64,000 bases of DNA from NCBI GenBank assembly GCA_029260795.1, contig JAJDCO010000149.1, positions 131,814 to 195,813 on the forward strand. The letters run 5' to 3'. How positions within the stretch are numbered: position 1 is the stretch's first letter; each line of letters starts with the position of its first letter. The stretch comes from Planctomycetota bacterium. Its GTDB lineage: Bacteria > Planctomycetota > OFTM77. The notes beneath the pieces were generated by a model, which saw only the letters and a list, made by a program, of their open reading frames with translations, was not told the DNA's origin and made no database searches. This document shows positions 19,166 through 28,695 of this stretch, in pieces. The position numbers and the translations under genes were made by a program.

Positions 19166-20251
19166 ATGACCCTTTCGACACCCTTGTCGCTTTGCCTGCC
19201 CTTGGCGCTGGCTGCCGCTCTGACGCTTTCGGCCGCTCCGGTGAGCTCACCCGAAGCCGCCTCGGCGGCCATCGCCACGAGTGGACGGCGCCCGATCATC
19301 CGCAGCCTGATGCGCGAGCTCGATGGCGAGCAACGCTGGCGCCTCATGGCAGAGCTCGCTCGGTTGCGATCGGATGATCGTCCGATCATCCTCGAGCTGA
19401 TGCGCTCCGAGAGCGGGCATCTCGATCCGGAAGCTCTCCTCGATGCCCTCGCCAGCTCGGGTACCGATTCGGAGGCGTTGACGGCCGTGGTCTGGCCCAT
19501 CGTCGACGCCGGGCTGAGCTGGCTCGACGGAGTCGTGCAGCTCGAGCCTCGCCAGCGCGAGCGCTTGCGGCACGAGTGGACGACCCGCGGCTCACAGGTT
19601 GTCGTTTCGATGACGGGACGCTTCGGGAGTCTGGGCTTCGGCGATTCCGAGCCACCTTTCGATCAGGACACGCGCGCCGCCTTCCGGGAGTTTCGTCGCG
19701 CGGTCGCGAGCGAAGCGGCGAATCAGCAGGACATCGCGCAGCCGCTGCGCCGAGCGGTTCTCGACGAAGGCATCGAGTGGGCGACGCAGGTGAAGCTCGT
19801 CCTCGACGAAGAGCAGGAGCAAGCCATTCGGGACGCGATCCTCGCCTTCGGGATGCTGCCGCGCGACCAGCGGCAGGACGTCTTGTGTCAGCTGGCTTCC
19901 GGTATTGATGACGTCGCCTTGCAGAGCGCTCTGCAAGCTTTTCGGGACGCGGAGCCGGTCGATCGCCCGGCCGCCATGCACGCCGTCGTCGACGTGATCG
20001 CGGCCGGCGTGACGCCGACGCTGTTCCAGCAGTTTGCGATCGCTCCCGTGCAACAGGCCGCGCTCGGCCTGGCGCGCGATAGGTTCTCCCTCGGGACCGA
20101 CACCGATCGCGGCGAGCTTTCATCGCTGCGCGAGGAGCGTCGTGAGAGTGCTTGGGCCACGTTGTCCTCCGAGGAGCAAGCGCTCTTGACGGCGGCACGG
20201 GACGACCTGCGTGAACGAGCTCGAGACTGGCGTAATCAGGTCTGCCAGTAA
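19166..20251 (+). CDS. Secreted all-helical hypothetical protein (Spy/CpxP-like repeats possible)
   Basis: GGAGG RBS, signal peptide, recurring L-x-x-E/R-Q motifs (LEPRQRE, LDEEQEQ, LSSEEQA). Confidence 0.65.
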   Translation: MTLSTPLSLCLPLALAAALTLSAAPVSSPEAASAAIATSGRRPIIRSLMRELDGEQRWRLMAELARLRSDDRPIILELMRSESGHLDPEALLDALASSGTDSEALTAVVWPIVDAGLSWLDGVVQLEPRQRERLRHEWTTRGSQVVVSMTGRFGSLGFGDSEPPFDQDTRAAFREFRRAVASEAANQQDIAQPLRRAVLDEGIEWATQVKLVLDEEQEQAIRDAILAFGMLPRDQRQDVLCQLASGIDDVALQSALQAFRDAEPVDRPAAMHAVVDVIAAGVTPTLFQQFAIAPVQQAALGLARDRFSLGTDTDRGELSSLREERRESAWATLSSEEQALLTAARDDLRERARDWRNQVCQ

Positions 20252-20280
20252 CTGGAAGGCTTCACTCCTCCTCTCCCCGA

Positions 20281-20315
20281 GAAGGCCCGCTCTTCGAGCG
20301 GGCCTTCGTTTGTTT
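20281..20315 (+). terminator. Rho-independent terminator
   Basis: GAAGGCCCGCTC-TTC-GAGCGGGCCTTC followed by GTTTGTTT. Confidence 0.8.
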
Positions 20316-20409
20316 GAACTCGGCTTGCTTTCGAAAGAACGCTCCGGAGAGACTGTCTGGCAAGATGCGTGATCCCGGCAGGTCTCCCAAAGAGTGCAGG
20401 AATCGATCC

Positions 20410-23400
20410 ATGACCGTGGAGCAAGCGTCGCGTCGAGGGTGGTGGTGGGTCGGGGCGATCGTCGTGGCAATGGCCGGGGGCGCCTGGTGGCTGATCAGCT
20501 CGGGCACGCTCGGGGGCGGGGAGGAGTCGACCGCTCAGCTGGTCGGCCGTGCCGAGGAGATCGCCACGCCGCCGCTCGAACGCTTGGGACGAGGGACGGA
20601 GGTGCTCGAGAGCGAAGCGGGTGCGACTCCCGAGAGTTCCGAGTCCGGGAGCCCGAGCGATGATCCGGCGGCCCGTCAAGGCGAGGGCGCCGAGCACCAG
20701 GTAATACTGGGTCTCGTGCTCAACGCGATCGATCGGCAGCCCGTTCCGAATGCGACGGTGGTTCTTCTGCGACGCCCGCCGGCGCAGACGCTCGCGGATC
20801 TCGTGCAGTGGGAGCAGTTTCGTCCGGGCGAGGACACCTTCCCGGGCGAGGCTCAGGTGCGGGGAGACGACGGGCTCGAGCGCATGAGCCCACCGCCGCC
20901 CAAGGACGCACCGAAGACGACGACGGATGCGCAGGGTCACTTCGAGCTCGCGGTCTCGGGCTCCGGGTCCTACTACTTGGCTGCGGAGGCACGGGGACTG
21001 TATCAGCGGGACTTCGCGTCGATCGACGTGGCCAACGCGGAAGCGCCGCGCGTGCAGCTCCGTCTTTACCCGGCCGCGATCGTGACGGGTCGCGTCGTCA
21101 ATCGGCGGGGCCAGGGCGTCGCCGGAGCGCGGGTCTTGTGTGGCGATCAGTTCGATCCGATGTCGTTCGCCACGGGGTCTCAGGTGCCGATGCGGAGCTT
21201 CGAGACCGAGACGGATCGCGAGGGACACTTCACCTTTGCAGCCATTCCGCCGGTCGGTGCGAAGTACCTCAAGATCGAGGCCCGCACTTACGCCAAGCTG
21301 GTCAAAGCCGGCTGGACGTGCCGCCCGGGCGGCACGGTCGAGCACGACCTCGTGCTGCCTCGGGGAGGCACGATTCACGGGCGGGTGCTGGCGAACGGGG
21401 AGCCCGTGACGGCCGCCAATGTCGAGGCGGTTCGAAAGGGCGTGTCGGCGTTCGACGTCGTCGGTCGGATCGAGAGCACGCGTAAGACGAAGACCGTGCC
21501 GGATGGAAGCTTCGAGATCCCTCGCCTCGCCGAAGGCGAGTATCGCGTGCAGGTCGATGCCCCGGGTTGGCTCCCCTCGGAGGTGAAGAAGGTCGACGTC
21601 ACCGAGGAAGGCGACGTACAAGTCGACTTCGAGGTCGAAGCCGGCGAGCACATCGCCGGCATCGTGCTCGACGCTCGCGGCAAACCGATCGGGGGCGCGC
21701 GCGTCGTGCCGGTCCGTAAGCGCGGCCTCCTGGACCTGTCGGGGATCGAGCGCGACATTCGGTTGCGCAAGGTCGGAACGACGCGGAGCGACGACACGGG
21801 GCTGTTCGCCTGCCGCGGATTGATCGCGGGAACCTACTCGCTCGAGGTCACGGCCGATCGTCATGCCGACCTGAAGTTGGAAGACATCGAAGCCGGCACC
21901 GAAGGCCTCGTGATTCGATTGCCGTTGCCGGGAGCGATCGCGGGCGCGGTCATCCTGGGTGACCCGCTCGAGCCGGCGGAAGAGTTCAGCATCGAGATCC
22001 CTCTCGGCGTCGACTCGCCGATGGCTACCGTGGAGCTTCCCGGTCGCACCGAGCAATTCCACGCTGCCGGGGGCCGCTTTCTCCTCGAAGACGTCGAGCC
22101 CGGAACCGTGTCGCTCAAGTTCCGGGCCGAAGGCTACGTCTCGGCTCGGGTCGAGGAGGTCGTGGTCGTTGCGGGCGAGACGACTTCGGGAATTCGCGTC
22201 GTGCTGACGCGAGGCGCGGGGCTGGCGGGACGCGTGCTGACGACCGACGGGGAGCCGATCGGCGGCGTCCGGCTGACGACCAAGACGGGCATGGAGCGAT
22301 TCATGGCCGTCTTCGACAAGCAGGATTCGACGGTCTCGGATGAGGACGGCCACTTCGAAATGACGGGTCTCGAGGCAGGCATGCTGACGGTGTCGATCAC
22401 GCACCCCGACTTCGCGGGAACGTCGCTCCGGCAACGCCTCTCGGCGGGGGAGGTCGTCGACGATCTCGAGATCCGGCTCTCTCGGGGAGCGACCGTCGAA
22501 GGACGCGTCTTCGATCTCGAGGGGCAGCCGGCGAAGGGCATCATGGTCTTCGCCACGATTCCGGGGCGTATGGACTTCAAGCAAAGCACGACCGACGAGG
22601 AGGGCGCCTTCGTGCTGACGGGCCTCAGCTCGGGCAGCTATCAGGTTTCCGCCATGCTCGGGAGCGCCGAGTCGCCCGAGGACATCATGGCGGCCATCTC
22701 GGGACAGGTCTCTCAGGCCGTGGAGCTCGAGGAAGACGAGGTCGAGTACGTCGAGCTACGAGCGGCGACGACCGAAGGCGCACGCTTGAGCGGCGTCGTG
22801 ACGCAGGCCGGACAGCCGCTCGAAGGCGGCTTGATCATGGTGACGGCCGTCGGCAAGCAGCAGCCCTCTGCCAGTGGCATGATCGGCGAGAAGGGACGCT
22901 TCGAGGTGCTTGGACTGGCGCCCGGGGATTACCAGGTCGTCGTGCAAGGCGGTCCCGGTCTCGGCGACTTCGTGCCCTTCGAGCTCAAGATCTCCGAGGA
23001 AGACTCGTCGGTGGAGCGCGACTTCGACCTGCCCGGCGGTGAGGTCTTCGGGAGAGTCGTCTCGGCCGAGACGCGCCAGCCCCTTTCGGGCGTGCGCGTG
23101 CTCGCCCGCGACGCAGGAGGCGACGCCGTGGCCGCGGCCGGCCTCAAGCAAGCCCTCACCGACGGCAAGGGCGAGTTTCGATTCCGGAGTCTCCAACCCG
23201 GTCGCTACGACATCGTCGTGGGCGGGACCGGTTTCGTGGGACGGGGCGACGTCGGGCACGAGATCGTCGAGGGCGTGACCGTGACGGGAGCGGCGACCGA
23301 CGTCGGAGAAGTGCGGCTGCCGAGTGGCGGCTCCTTCAGCGGCCGGGTGACGAATGCTGCCGGTGAGTCGCTGGCCGGTGTCCTGGTGGGCCTCGAGGAC

Positions 23401-23598
23401 GATCGCGGTCGAACCGTGCTGCTGCCGGGCGAGGTGCCCTTGGACGAGGGCGGTCGATTCACGATCAAGGGCCTGGCGGCGGGGACGTACACGATCCGCG
23501 TGTACCTGAGCAACGGTGAGAGCCAACGTCAGGGCGGCGTGCGCGTGCAGCCGGGCTCCGAGGCGTCCGAGGTTCGGGTGATCGTGCGGGGGCAGTGA
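20410..23598 (+). CDS. Large membrane-anchored protein with many carboxypeptidase regulatory-like (Cna-B/transthyretin-like) repeats
   Basis: N-terminal TM; repeated G-R-V-x-D/N..G-x-P..GA-x-V ... TD..G-x-F..GL..G-x-Y modules. Confidence 0.85.
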   Translation: MTVEQASRRGWWWVGAIVVAMAGGAWWLISSGTLGGGEESTAQLVGRAEEIATPPLERLGRGTEVLESEAGATPESSESGSPSDDPAARQGEGAEHQVILGLVLNAIDRQPVPNATVVLLRRPPAQTLADLVQWEQFRPGEDTFPGEAQVRGDDGLERMSPPPPKDAPKTTTDAQGHFELAVSGSGSYYLAAEARGLYQRDFASIDVANAEAPRVQLRLYPAAIVTGRVVNRRGQGVAGARVLCGDQFDPMSFATGSQVPMRSFETETDREGHFTFAAIPPVGAKYLKIEARTYAKLVKAGWTCRPGGTVEHDLVLPRGGTIHGRVLANGEPVTAANVEAVRKGVSAFDVVGRIESTRKTKTVPDGSFEIPRLAEGEYRVQVDAPGWLPSEVKKVDVTEEGDVQVDFEVEAGEHIAGIVLDARGKPIGGARVVPVRKRGLLDLSGIERDIRLRKVGTTRSDDTGLFACRGLIAGTYSLEVTADRHADLKLEDIEAGTEGLVIRLPLPGAIAGAVILGDPLEPAEEFSIEIPLGVDSPMATVELPGRTEQFHAAGGRFLLEDVEPGTVSLKFRAEGYVSARVEEVVVVAGETTSGIRVVLTRGAGLAGRVLTTDGEPIGGVRLTTKTGMERFMAVFDKQDSTVSDEDGHFEMTGLEAGMLTVSITHPDFAGTSLRQRLSAGEVVDDLEIRLSRGATVEGRVFDLEGQPAKGIMVFATIPGRMDFKQSTTDEEGAFVLTGLSSGSYQVSAMLGSAESPEDIMAAISGQVSQAVELEEDEVEYVELRAATTEGARLSGVVTQAGQPLEGGLIMVTAVGKQQPSASGMIGEKGRFEVLGLAPGDYQVVVQGGPGLGDFVPFELKISEEDSSVERDFDLPGGEVFGRVVSAETRQPLSGVRVLARDAGGDAVAAAGLKQALTDGKGEFRFRSLQPGRYDIVVGGTGFVGRGDVGHEIVEGVTVTGAATDVGEVRLPSGGSFSGRVTNAAGESLAGVLVGLEDDRGRTVLLPGEVPLDEGGRFTIKGLAAGTYTIRVYLSNGESQRQGGVRVQPGSEASEVRVIVRGQ

Positions 23599-23690
23599 AC
23601 CACCGAGGGAGTGAACCACCGAGGACACTGAGGGCACGGAGGGCACGGAGGGCACTGAGGGCACGGAGGGGTGAACCATGGAGGGCGGTG
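23595..23690 (+). repeat. Tandem 9-bp repeat array CAC(T/G/C)GAGGG with GTGAACCA heads (family C)
   Basis: gtgaaccaccgaggga gtgaaccaccgagga cactgaggg cacggaggg cacggaggg cactgaggg cacggaggg gtgaaccatggaggg. Confidence 0.85.
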
Positions 23691-23819
23691 AGAGGAGCCC
23701 GGGCGCGGATCGTCGGTCGATGAAGTCGTCGCTTGCGCCGACCCTAACTTTTTTCTAACCTCTCGGCTCAAACGTCGCTGTCCCGGGGAGGGGACGTCCA
23801 CCGCGAGGAGCCCGGCACC

Positions 23820-26696
23820 GTGCCCCGAGAGCTGAACGAGATCGTCATTCAGGGTGCTCGCCAGCACAACCTGAAGAACATCACCGTCAAGATCCCCAAG
23901 CGCCAGCTGATCGTATTCACGGGTGTCTCGGGATCGGGCAAGTCCAGCCTGGCGTTCGACACCTTGTACGCCGAGGGCCAGCGTCGATACATCGAGTCGC
24001 TGTCTTCGTACGCGCGGCAGTTTCTCGGCCAAATGGAGAAGCCGCTCTACGACCACATTCGCGGCATCGCGCCCACCATCTCGGTCGAGCAGAAAGCGGC
24101 GAGCAACAACCCGCGCTCGACGGTCGGGACCGTGACCGAGATCCATGACTACCTGCGAGTACTCTACGCGCGCGTCGGGCAGCCCTTCTGCCCCGGCTGC
24201 GGTGAGCCGGTCTCGGGACAGTCGGCGGCGCAGATCGTTCGCGACCTCGAAGGGGCAGGCGGAGGGCGGCAGGTCACCGTTCTGGCGCGGGTGCTCGAGA
24301 ACCGAAAAGGCGAGCACAAGGAGAAGCTGGCGGAGCTGCGTCAGGATGGATTCACGCGTCTTCGGGTCGATGGCGAGATCGTGTCACTTCGGGATCTGAC
24401 TCAGCTCGACAAGCGCCGCAAGCACACGGTCGATGTCGTCGTCGATCGGGTCACCCTGAAGCCCGGCATCATGCCGAGGCTGACCGAGGCGGTCGAGCTC
24501 GCCTTGCGAGTCGGGGACGGGAGCTGTCTGGCGGGCGTGGACGATGAGGGGGACCGGTTGTATTCGGAGGCTCGCGCCTGTCCCCATTGCAACATCTCCT
24601 TCCCCGAGCTCACGCCGCAGCTCTTCTCGTTCAACTCGCCGCAGGGCATGTGCCACGACTGCAACGGGCTCGGTACGCGATTCGACATGGATCCGGATCG
24701 GGTCGTGCCGGATCAAGACAAGTCGATCGCCGAAGGCGCGATCGAGGACTGGGGCACGATCGGGGGGCAGAAGGGCGGCTGGACTGGCGCTATTGCGCGC
24801 GCGGTGGCGCAGAAGAACAAGATCCCACTCGACAAGCCGTGGCGCAAGCTGACGGCAAAGCAGCGCAAGATCTTGCTCTACGGAACCGGCCAGGCCCGCG
24901 TCCCGGTGAGCTGGAAGCGGCAGCATGCACAAGCCACGTTCGAGGTGAAGTTCGAGGGCGTGATCCCGACGCTTCTGCGACGCATGGGGCAAACGCAGTC
25001 GGAGCGCGCTCGCGAGTACTATCGCAAGTTCATGAGCCCACACCGCTGCGCGAGCTGCGATGGCACGCGCTTGCGCAGTGAAGCTCGTCACGTTCGGATC
25101 GCTGACGTCGACATCACGGCGCTGTGTCAGCGGACGGTCGAAGACGCGACACGTCATTGCGCCGAGCTGAAGCTGACGGGCAACGACGCCGTGGTCGCGG
25201 AAGAGCTGCTGAAGGAGATTCGGGCGCGGCTCGGCTTCTTGCTCGACGTGGGGCTGGGCTACCTCACCCTCGATCGGCTGGCACCGACCTTGTCGGGTGG
25301 CGAGGGGCAGCGCATCCGTTTGGCGAGCCAGATCGGCAGCGAGCTGACGGGGGTCGTCTACGTTCTCGATGAGCCGTCGATCGGTCTGCATCAGCGCGAC
25401 AACCGTAAGCTCCTCTCCGCGCTGCGGCGGCTTCGGGACATCGGCAACACGGTCGTGGTCGTCGAGCACGACCGCGAGACCATGGAGGAAGCGGATCACC
25501 TGATCGACTTCGGTCCGGGTGCCGGCCATCTCGGTGGCGAGGTGGTGGCTAAGGGAAAGGTCGCCGATCTCGTGAAGTCGAAGCGGTCGTTGACGGGGCA
25601 GTATCTGTCCGGCCAGCGCGACATCGAGATTCCTGCCGAGCGTCGACCGCGCTCGGAGCGATCGCTCGTCTTGCGTGGAGCGCGCGCGAACAACCTCAAG
25701 AGCATCGATGCCGAGTTCCCGCTCGGAGTGCTCATCTGTGTCTCGGGAGTCAGCGGTGCGGGCAAGAGCACGCTGATCAATCAGACACTGCTGCCGAAGA
25801 TGCGCTTTCTCCTGAACCGGAGCCTGGGCGCGATCGGCGATCACGATCGACTCGAAGGCATCGAGCAGATCGACAAGGTGATCGCGATCGATCAAAGCCC
25901 GATCGGTCGAACGTCCCGCTCGAATCCGGCCACCTACACCAAGGTGTTCGACGAGATCCGCAGCTTCTTCGCAAAGCTTCCCGAGTCCCGGATGCGTGGC
26001 TTCCAGCCCGGCCGCTTCAGCTTCAACGTCAAGGGCGGACGCTGCGAGTCGTGCTCCGGTGATGGCTACCGCCGGGTCGAGATGCACTTCCTCGCCGACG
26101 TCTTCGTGTCGTGTGAGGTCTGCCAAGGCCGACGCTTCAATGACGCGACGCTCGAAGTGCGCTTCCGCGGACGGAGCATCGCCGACGTGCTGGCGCTGTC
26201 GGTCGATGAGGCGCTCGAGCTGTTCCAGAACCATCCAGGGCTCAAGGCCGGGCTGACCACACTCCATGACGTCGGGCTCGGCTACATCCACCTCGGGCAA
26301 CCGTCGCCGACGCTGTCGGGTGGCGAGGCGCAGCGCATCAAGCTGAGCCGGGAGCTGTCCAAGCGCTCGACCGGCAAGACCGTCTACGTCCTCGACGAGC
26401 CCACCACCGGGCTCCACTTTGAGGACATTCGACACCTGCTCGAGGTGCTGAATCGCCTGGTCGATGGCGGCAACACGGTCATCGTCATCGAGCACAACCT
26501 CGATGTCATCAAGACCGCGGACTGGATCATCGACATCGGCCCCGAGGGTGGCCAGGCGGGTGGATACATCCTGGCCGCGGGCACGCCCGAGCAGGTGGCC
26601 AAGCAACGCCGTTCGGTGACCGGTCGCTATCTTTCGGACATGCTGCCAAAGAAGACGCGACGGCGCCGGAGCCGAGCCGCCTCGCACTCGGGCTGA
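23820..26696 (+). CDS. uvrA: Excinuclease ABC subunit A
   Basis: GARQHNLKN, GVSGSGKSSLAFDTLYAEGQRRY, two LSGGE signatures, LDEP, zinc fingers, GVSGAGKST; GTG start with AGGAG RBS. Confidence 0.98.
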   Translation: MPRELNEIVIQGARQHNLKNITVKIPKRQLIVFTGVSGSGKSSLAFDTLYAEGQRRYIESLSSYARQFLGQMEKPLYDHIRGIAPTISVEQKAASNNPRSTVGTVTEIHDYLRVLYARVGQPFCPGCGEPVSGQSAAQIVRDLEGAGGGRQVTVLARVLENRKGEHKEKLAELRQDGFTRLRVDGEIVSLRDLTQLDKRRKHTVDVVVDRVTLKPGIMPRLTEAVELALRVGDGSCLAGVDDEGDRLYSEARACPHCNISFPELTPQLFSFNSPQGMCHDCNGLGTRFDMDPDRVVPDQDKSIAEGAIEDWGTIGGQKGGWTGAIARAVAQKNKIPLDKPWRKLTAKQRKILLYGTGQARVPVSWKRQHAQATFEVKFEGVIPTLLRRMGQTQSERAREYYRKFMSPHRCASCDGTRLRSEARHVRIADVDITALCQRTVEDATRHCAELKLTGNDAVVAEELLKEIRARLGFLLDVGLGYLTLDRLAPTLSGGEGQRIRLASQIGSELTGVVYVLDEPSIGLHQRDNRKLLSALRRLRDIGNTVVVVEHDRETMEEADHLIDFGPGAGHLGGEVVAKGKVADLVKSKRSLTGQYLSGQRDIEIPAERRPRSERSLVLRGARANNLKSIDAEFPLGVLICVSGVSGAGKSTLINQTLLPKMRFLLNRSLGAIGDHDRLEGIEQIDKVIAIDQSPIGRTSRSNPATYTKVFDEIRSFFAKLPESRMRGFQPGRFSFNVKGGRCESCSGDGYRRVEMHFLADVFVSCEVCQGRRFNDATLEVRFRGRSIADVLALSVDEALELFQNHPGLKAGLTTLHDVGLGYIHLGQPSPTLSGGEAQRIKLSRELSKRSTGKTVYVLDEPTTGLHFEDIRHLLEVLNRLVDGGNTVIVIEHNLDVIKTADWIIDIGPEGGQAGGYILAAGTPEQVAKQRRSVTGRYLSDMLPKKTRRRRSRAASHSG

Positions 26697-26723
26697 GGCG
26701 CCGAGACTCTCGCGACGCTCGAT

Positions 26724-27263
26724 CTACATCGCCAGGAAGCGGTCGACGAGCGGCTGGAGCCTCTTCACGAGCTCATGGTCGGCGCCCAGCCGTGCGGTGA
26801 GCGCCGCGCACACCGTCCGGTAGTACCACTGCTGCTCGCTCTTGGGCGCGTTCATGTGCTCGAAGATCTGAGGGGCCTCGTCCAGCAACGATCGCAGGTT
26901 GTGTGTCTTGTCTGCGGCCGATATCGCGACCGCACGAGGATCGGCTTCGGAGAGATGCTCGATGTAGCGCTCCTTGCGCTCGCGCCAGGGCTGGTCCGGC
27001 TCGGGATACGACACCGCCCGGACGAGCTCGGCGACATCGCGGCCGAAGTGCTCGAAGAGGTCCTCGAAGCTCGTTCCGGTGTCTTCCAGCGTGTCGTGCA
27101 AGATGCCGGCGATCACGGTCGTCCGCTCGAAGCCGGCCTTTTGCAGCGTCATCCCGACGGCCGCACAGTGAATGAAGTATGGCAGGCGGCGCGAGGGGTT
27201 CTTGCGGAACTGTCCTTCGTGGGCGAGCGCGGCGAACTCGAGTGCTTCGTAGATGCGATCCAT
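26724..27263 (-). CDS. Stand-alone HD_4 domain protein (small alarmone hydrolase / Mesh1-like)
   Basis: ALEFA..AHEGQFRK...PYFIH, LHDTLEDT, FG..VAELV, ADKTHNL; no synthetase domain. Confidence 0.85.
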   Translation of the reverse strand: MDRIYEALEFAALAHEGQFRKNPSRRLPYFIHCAAVGMTLQKAGFERTTVIAGILHDTLEDTGTSFEDLFEHFGRDVAELVRAVSYPEPDQPWRERKERYIEHLSEADPRAVAISAADKTHNLRSLLDEAPQIFEHMNAPKSEQQWYYRTVCAALTARLGADHELVKRLQPLVDRFLAM

Positions 27264-27314
27264 CGGGTCGGTCGGACCTCCGGGGATGAGGAGCACGAGG
27301 GGTGAGGCCGCATC

Positions 27315-28565
27315 CTAGGCGCGAGAACGCCCGGCGGCAACCGAGGCCTCATCGGGAGCCCGTCGGCTCCGCCACCGTTCGCGCATCCAAATCCGGCGCT
27401 CGCGCAAGTGAGCTCGCAGCTCGGCCAACGGATAGTGCGTTCCTCTCCAGACGACGCCGCCCTGACGCTCGGTGATCCACCCGGAGCGAACGAAGGCGAT
27501 CGCCAGCAGTAGCTGGCCGACGGGAAGCGCGAGCGCATAGACGGGCGGGATGCGCGTCGAGCGTTGGAGGAGCGCGTACCAGGCTACGGCCGCGATCAAC
27601 CCGGCGCCCGATATCGCGCGCAACCAGGTGGGTCCGACCCAAACGCCGAGGTGCGGCGCCACGCACAGGATCGATCCCAAGCCGATTCCCAAGGGGAGCG
27701 CCCAGGCCTTCAGCTCGGTGGCAGCGTAGGCATTCTTCTCGATCCCGCAGAGGAGGTTTCGCAGGCCTTCTTGCCAGCGCACCGCGATGCAGTCGCGACC
27801 CGACGCCGCAATCTGCCGCCAGCCCGACCACTTGAGTGCCTGTCCCAGGCGGAGGTCGTCATCGATGCTGAGCCGGATCGGCGCGAAGCCGCCGATGTCC
27901 TCGAAGGCTCGCCGGCGCACGAGGTTGCCGGCACCGATGCCGAGGAAGGCTCGCGAGCGCGGATTGGCCAGTCGCCAGGGCTCCCGTCCCAGGATGAGCA
28001 GCATCGTGAACATCGAGAGGAAGATACGCTCGCCGATCGAGCGTCGATTCGGCTCGGGATCGTCCGGTCCGACGACGACGTGGTCGGCACCGTGGCGCTC
28101 GGCAAAGCCCATCAGCCGCCGCAGTGCGCCGGGACGAAACAGCACATCGGCGTCGGTGAAGAGGATCCATTCGCTCTGCGCACGCTGGGCGCCGCGCTGG
28201 AGAGCGTGAGTCTTGCCGAGCCAACCGGCCGGGAGCTCTCGGATCGTGACGACCTCGAGACGGTCGTCGTCGGCGGCGAGGCGTTCCAGCAGCCCCGTGG
28301 TGTCGTCCACCGATCGGTCGTCGACGGCGACGATGCGGAGACCGGGAAGATCCTGCTCCAAGAGCGAGTTCACGGACTGCGTGATGTGCGCGGCCTCGTC
28401 GCGAGCCGCGATCACGACCGTGAGCGTCGACTCGGGCCCGGGCTCGAAGTCCGGCTCCTCGCAAAGGAAATTGCGATGGGCCGGTCGTCGCACGAGGGCT
28501 TCGAGACAGACGAAGATCCAGATCAACGAGCCGAGGAGCGCGGGTCCACCGACGAGCCAGTACAT
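27315..28565 (-). CDS. Membrane glycosyltransferase family 2 (HpnB/CrtQ-like)
   Basis: VIAARDE, VDDRSVD, LPAGWLGK, LFTDADV, GGF..IRLSIDDD; N- and C-terminal TMs; start MYWLVGG. Confidence 0.85.
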   Translation of the reverse strand: MYWLVGGPALLGSLIWIFVCLEALVRRPAHRNFLCEEPDFEPGPESTLTVVIAARDEAAHITQSVNSLLEQDLPGLRIVAVDDRSVDDTTGLLERLAADDDRLEVVTIRELPAGWLGKTHALQRGAQRAQSEWILFTDADVLFRPGALRRLMGFAERHGADHVVVGPDDPEPNRRSIGERIFLSMFTMLLILGREPWRLANPRSRAFLGIGAGNLVRRRAFEDIGGFAPIRLSIDDDLRLGQALKWSGWRQIAASGRDCIAVRWQEGLRNLLCGIEKNAYAATELKAWALPLGIGLGSILCVAPHLGVWVGPTWLRAISGAGLIAAVAWYALLQRSTRIPPVYALALPVGQLLLAIAFVRSGWITERQGGVVWRGTHYPLAELRAHLRERRIWMRERWRSRRAPDEASVAAGRSRA

Positions 28566-28695
28566 GATCGCGTCCTCGAGATGATGCGTCACGGTGCGGC
28601 CGGTCGACCCTCCTCTCGGGCCGACCATTGACACCGCTCTGTGCGCGGGTTCCCCTCCGAGGCGGCGCTTATAGCAGATTCTCTCCGAGGCACTC

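Noticed and set aside
23595-23690. CRISPR array or coding PSV/PPC repeat ORFs (22756-23679, 23529-24317)
   Set aside because: The 9-bp units have no spacers, and the ORFs are antisense shadows of real genes.
23700-23819. SOS box upstream of uvrA
   Set aside because: I found no recognisable LexA palindrome, and the motif for this lineage is unknown to me.
20236-26687. Long antisense ORFs (e.g. 20236-22584, 24384-26687; likewise 6203-7846, 52715-54862)
   Set aside because: They are stop-poor reverse frames caused by high-GC codon bias opposite well-supported genes, with no recognisable motifs.
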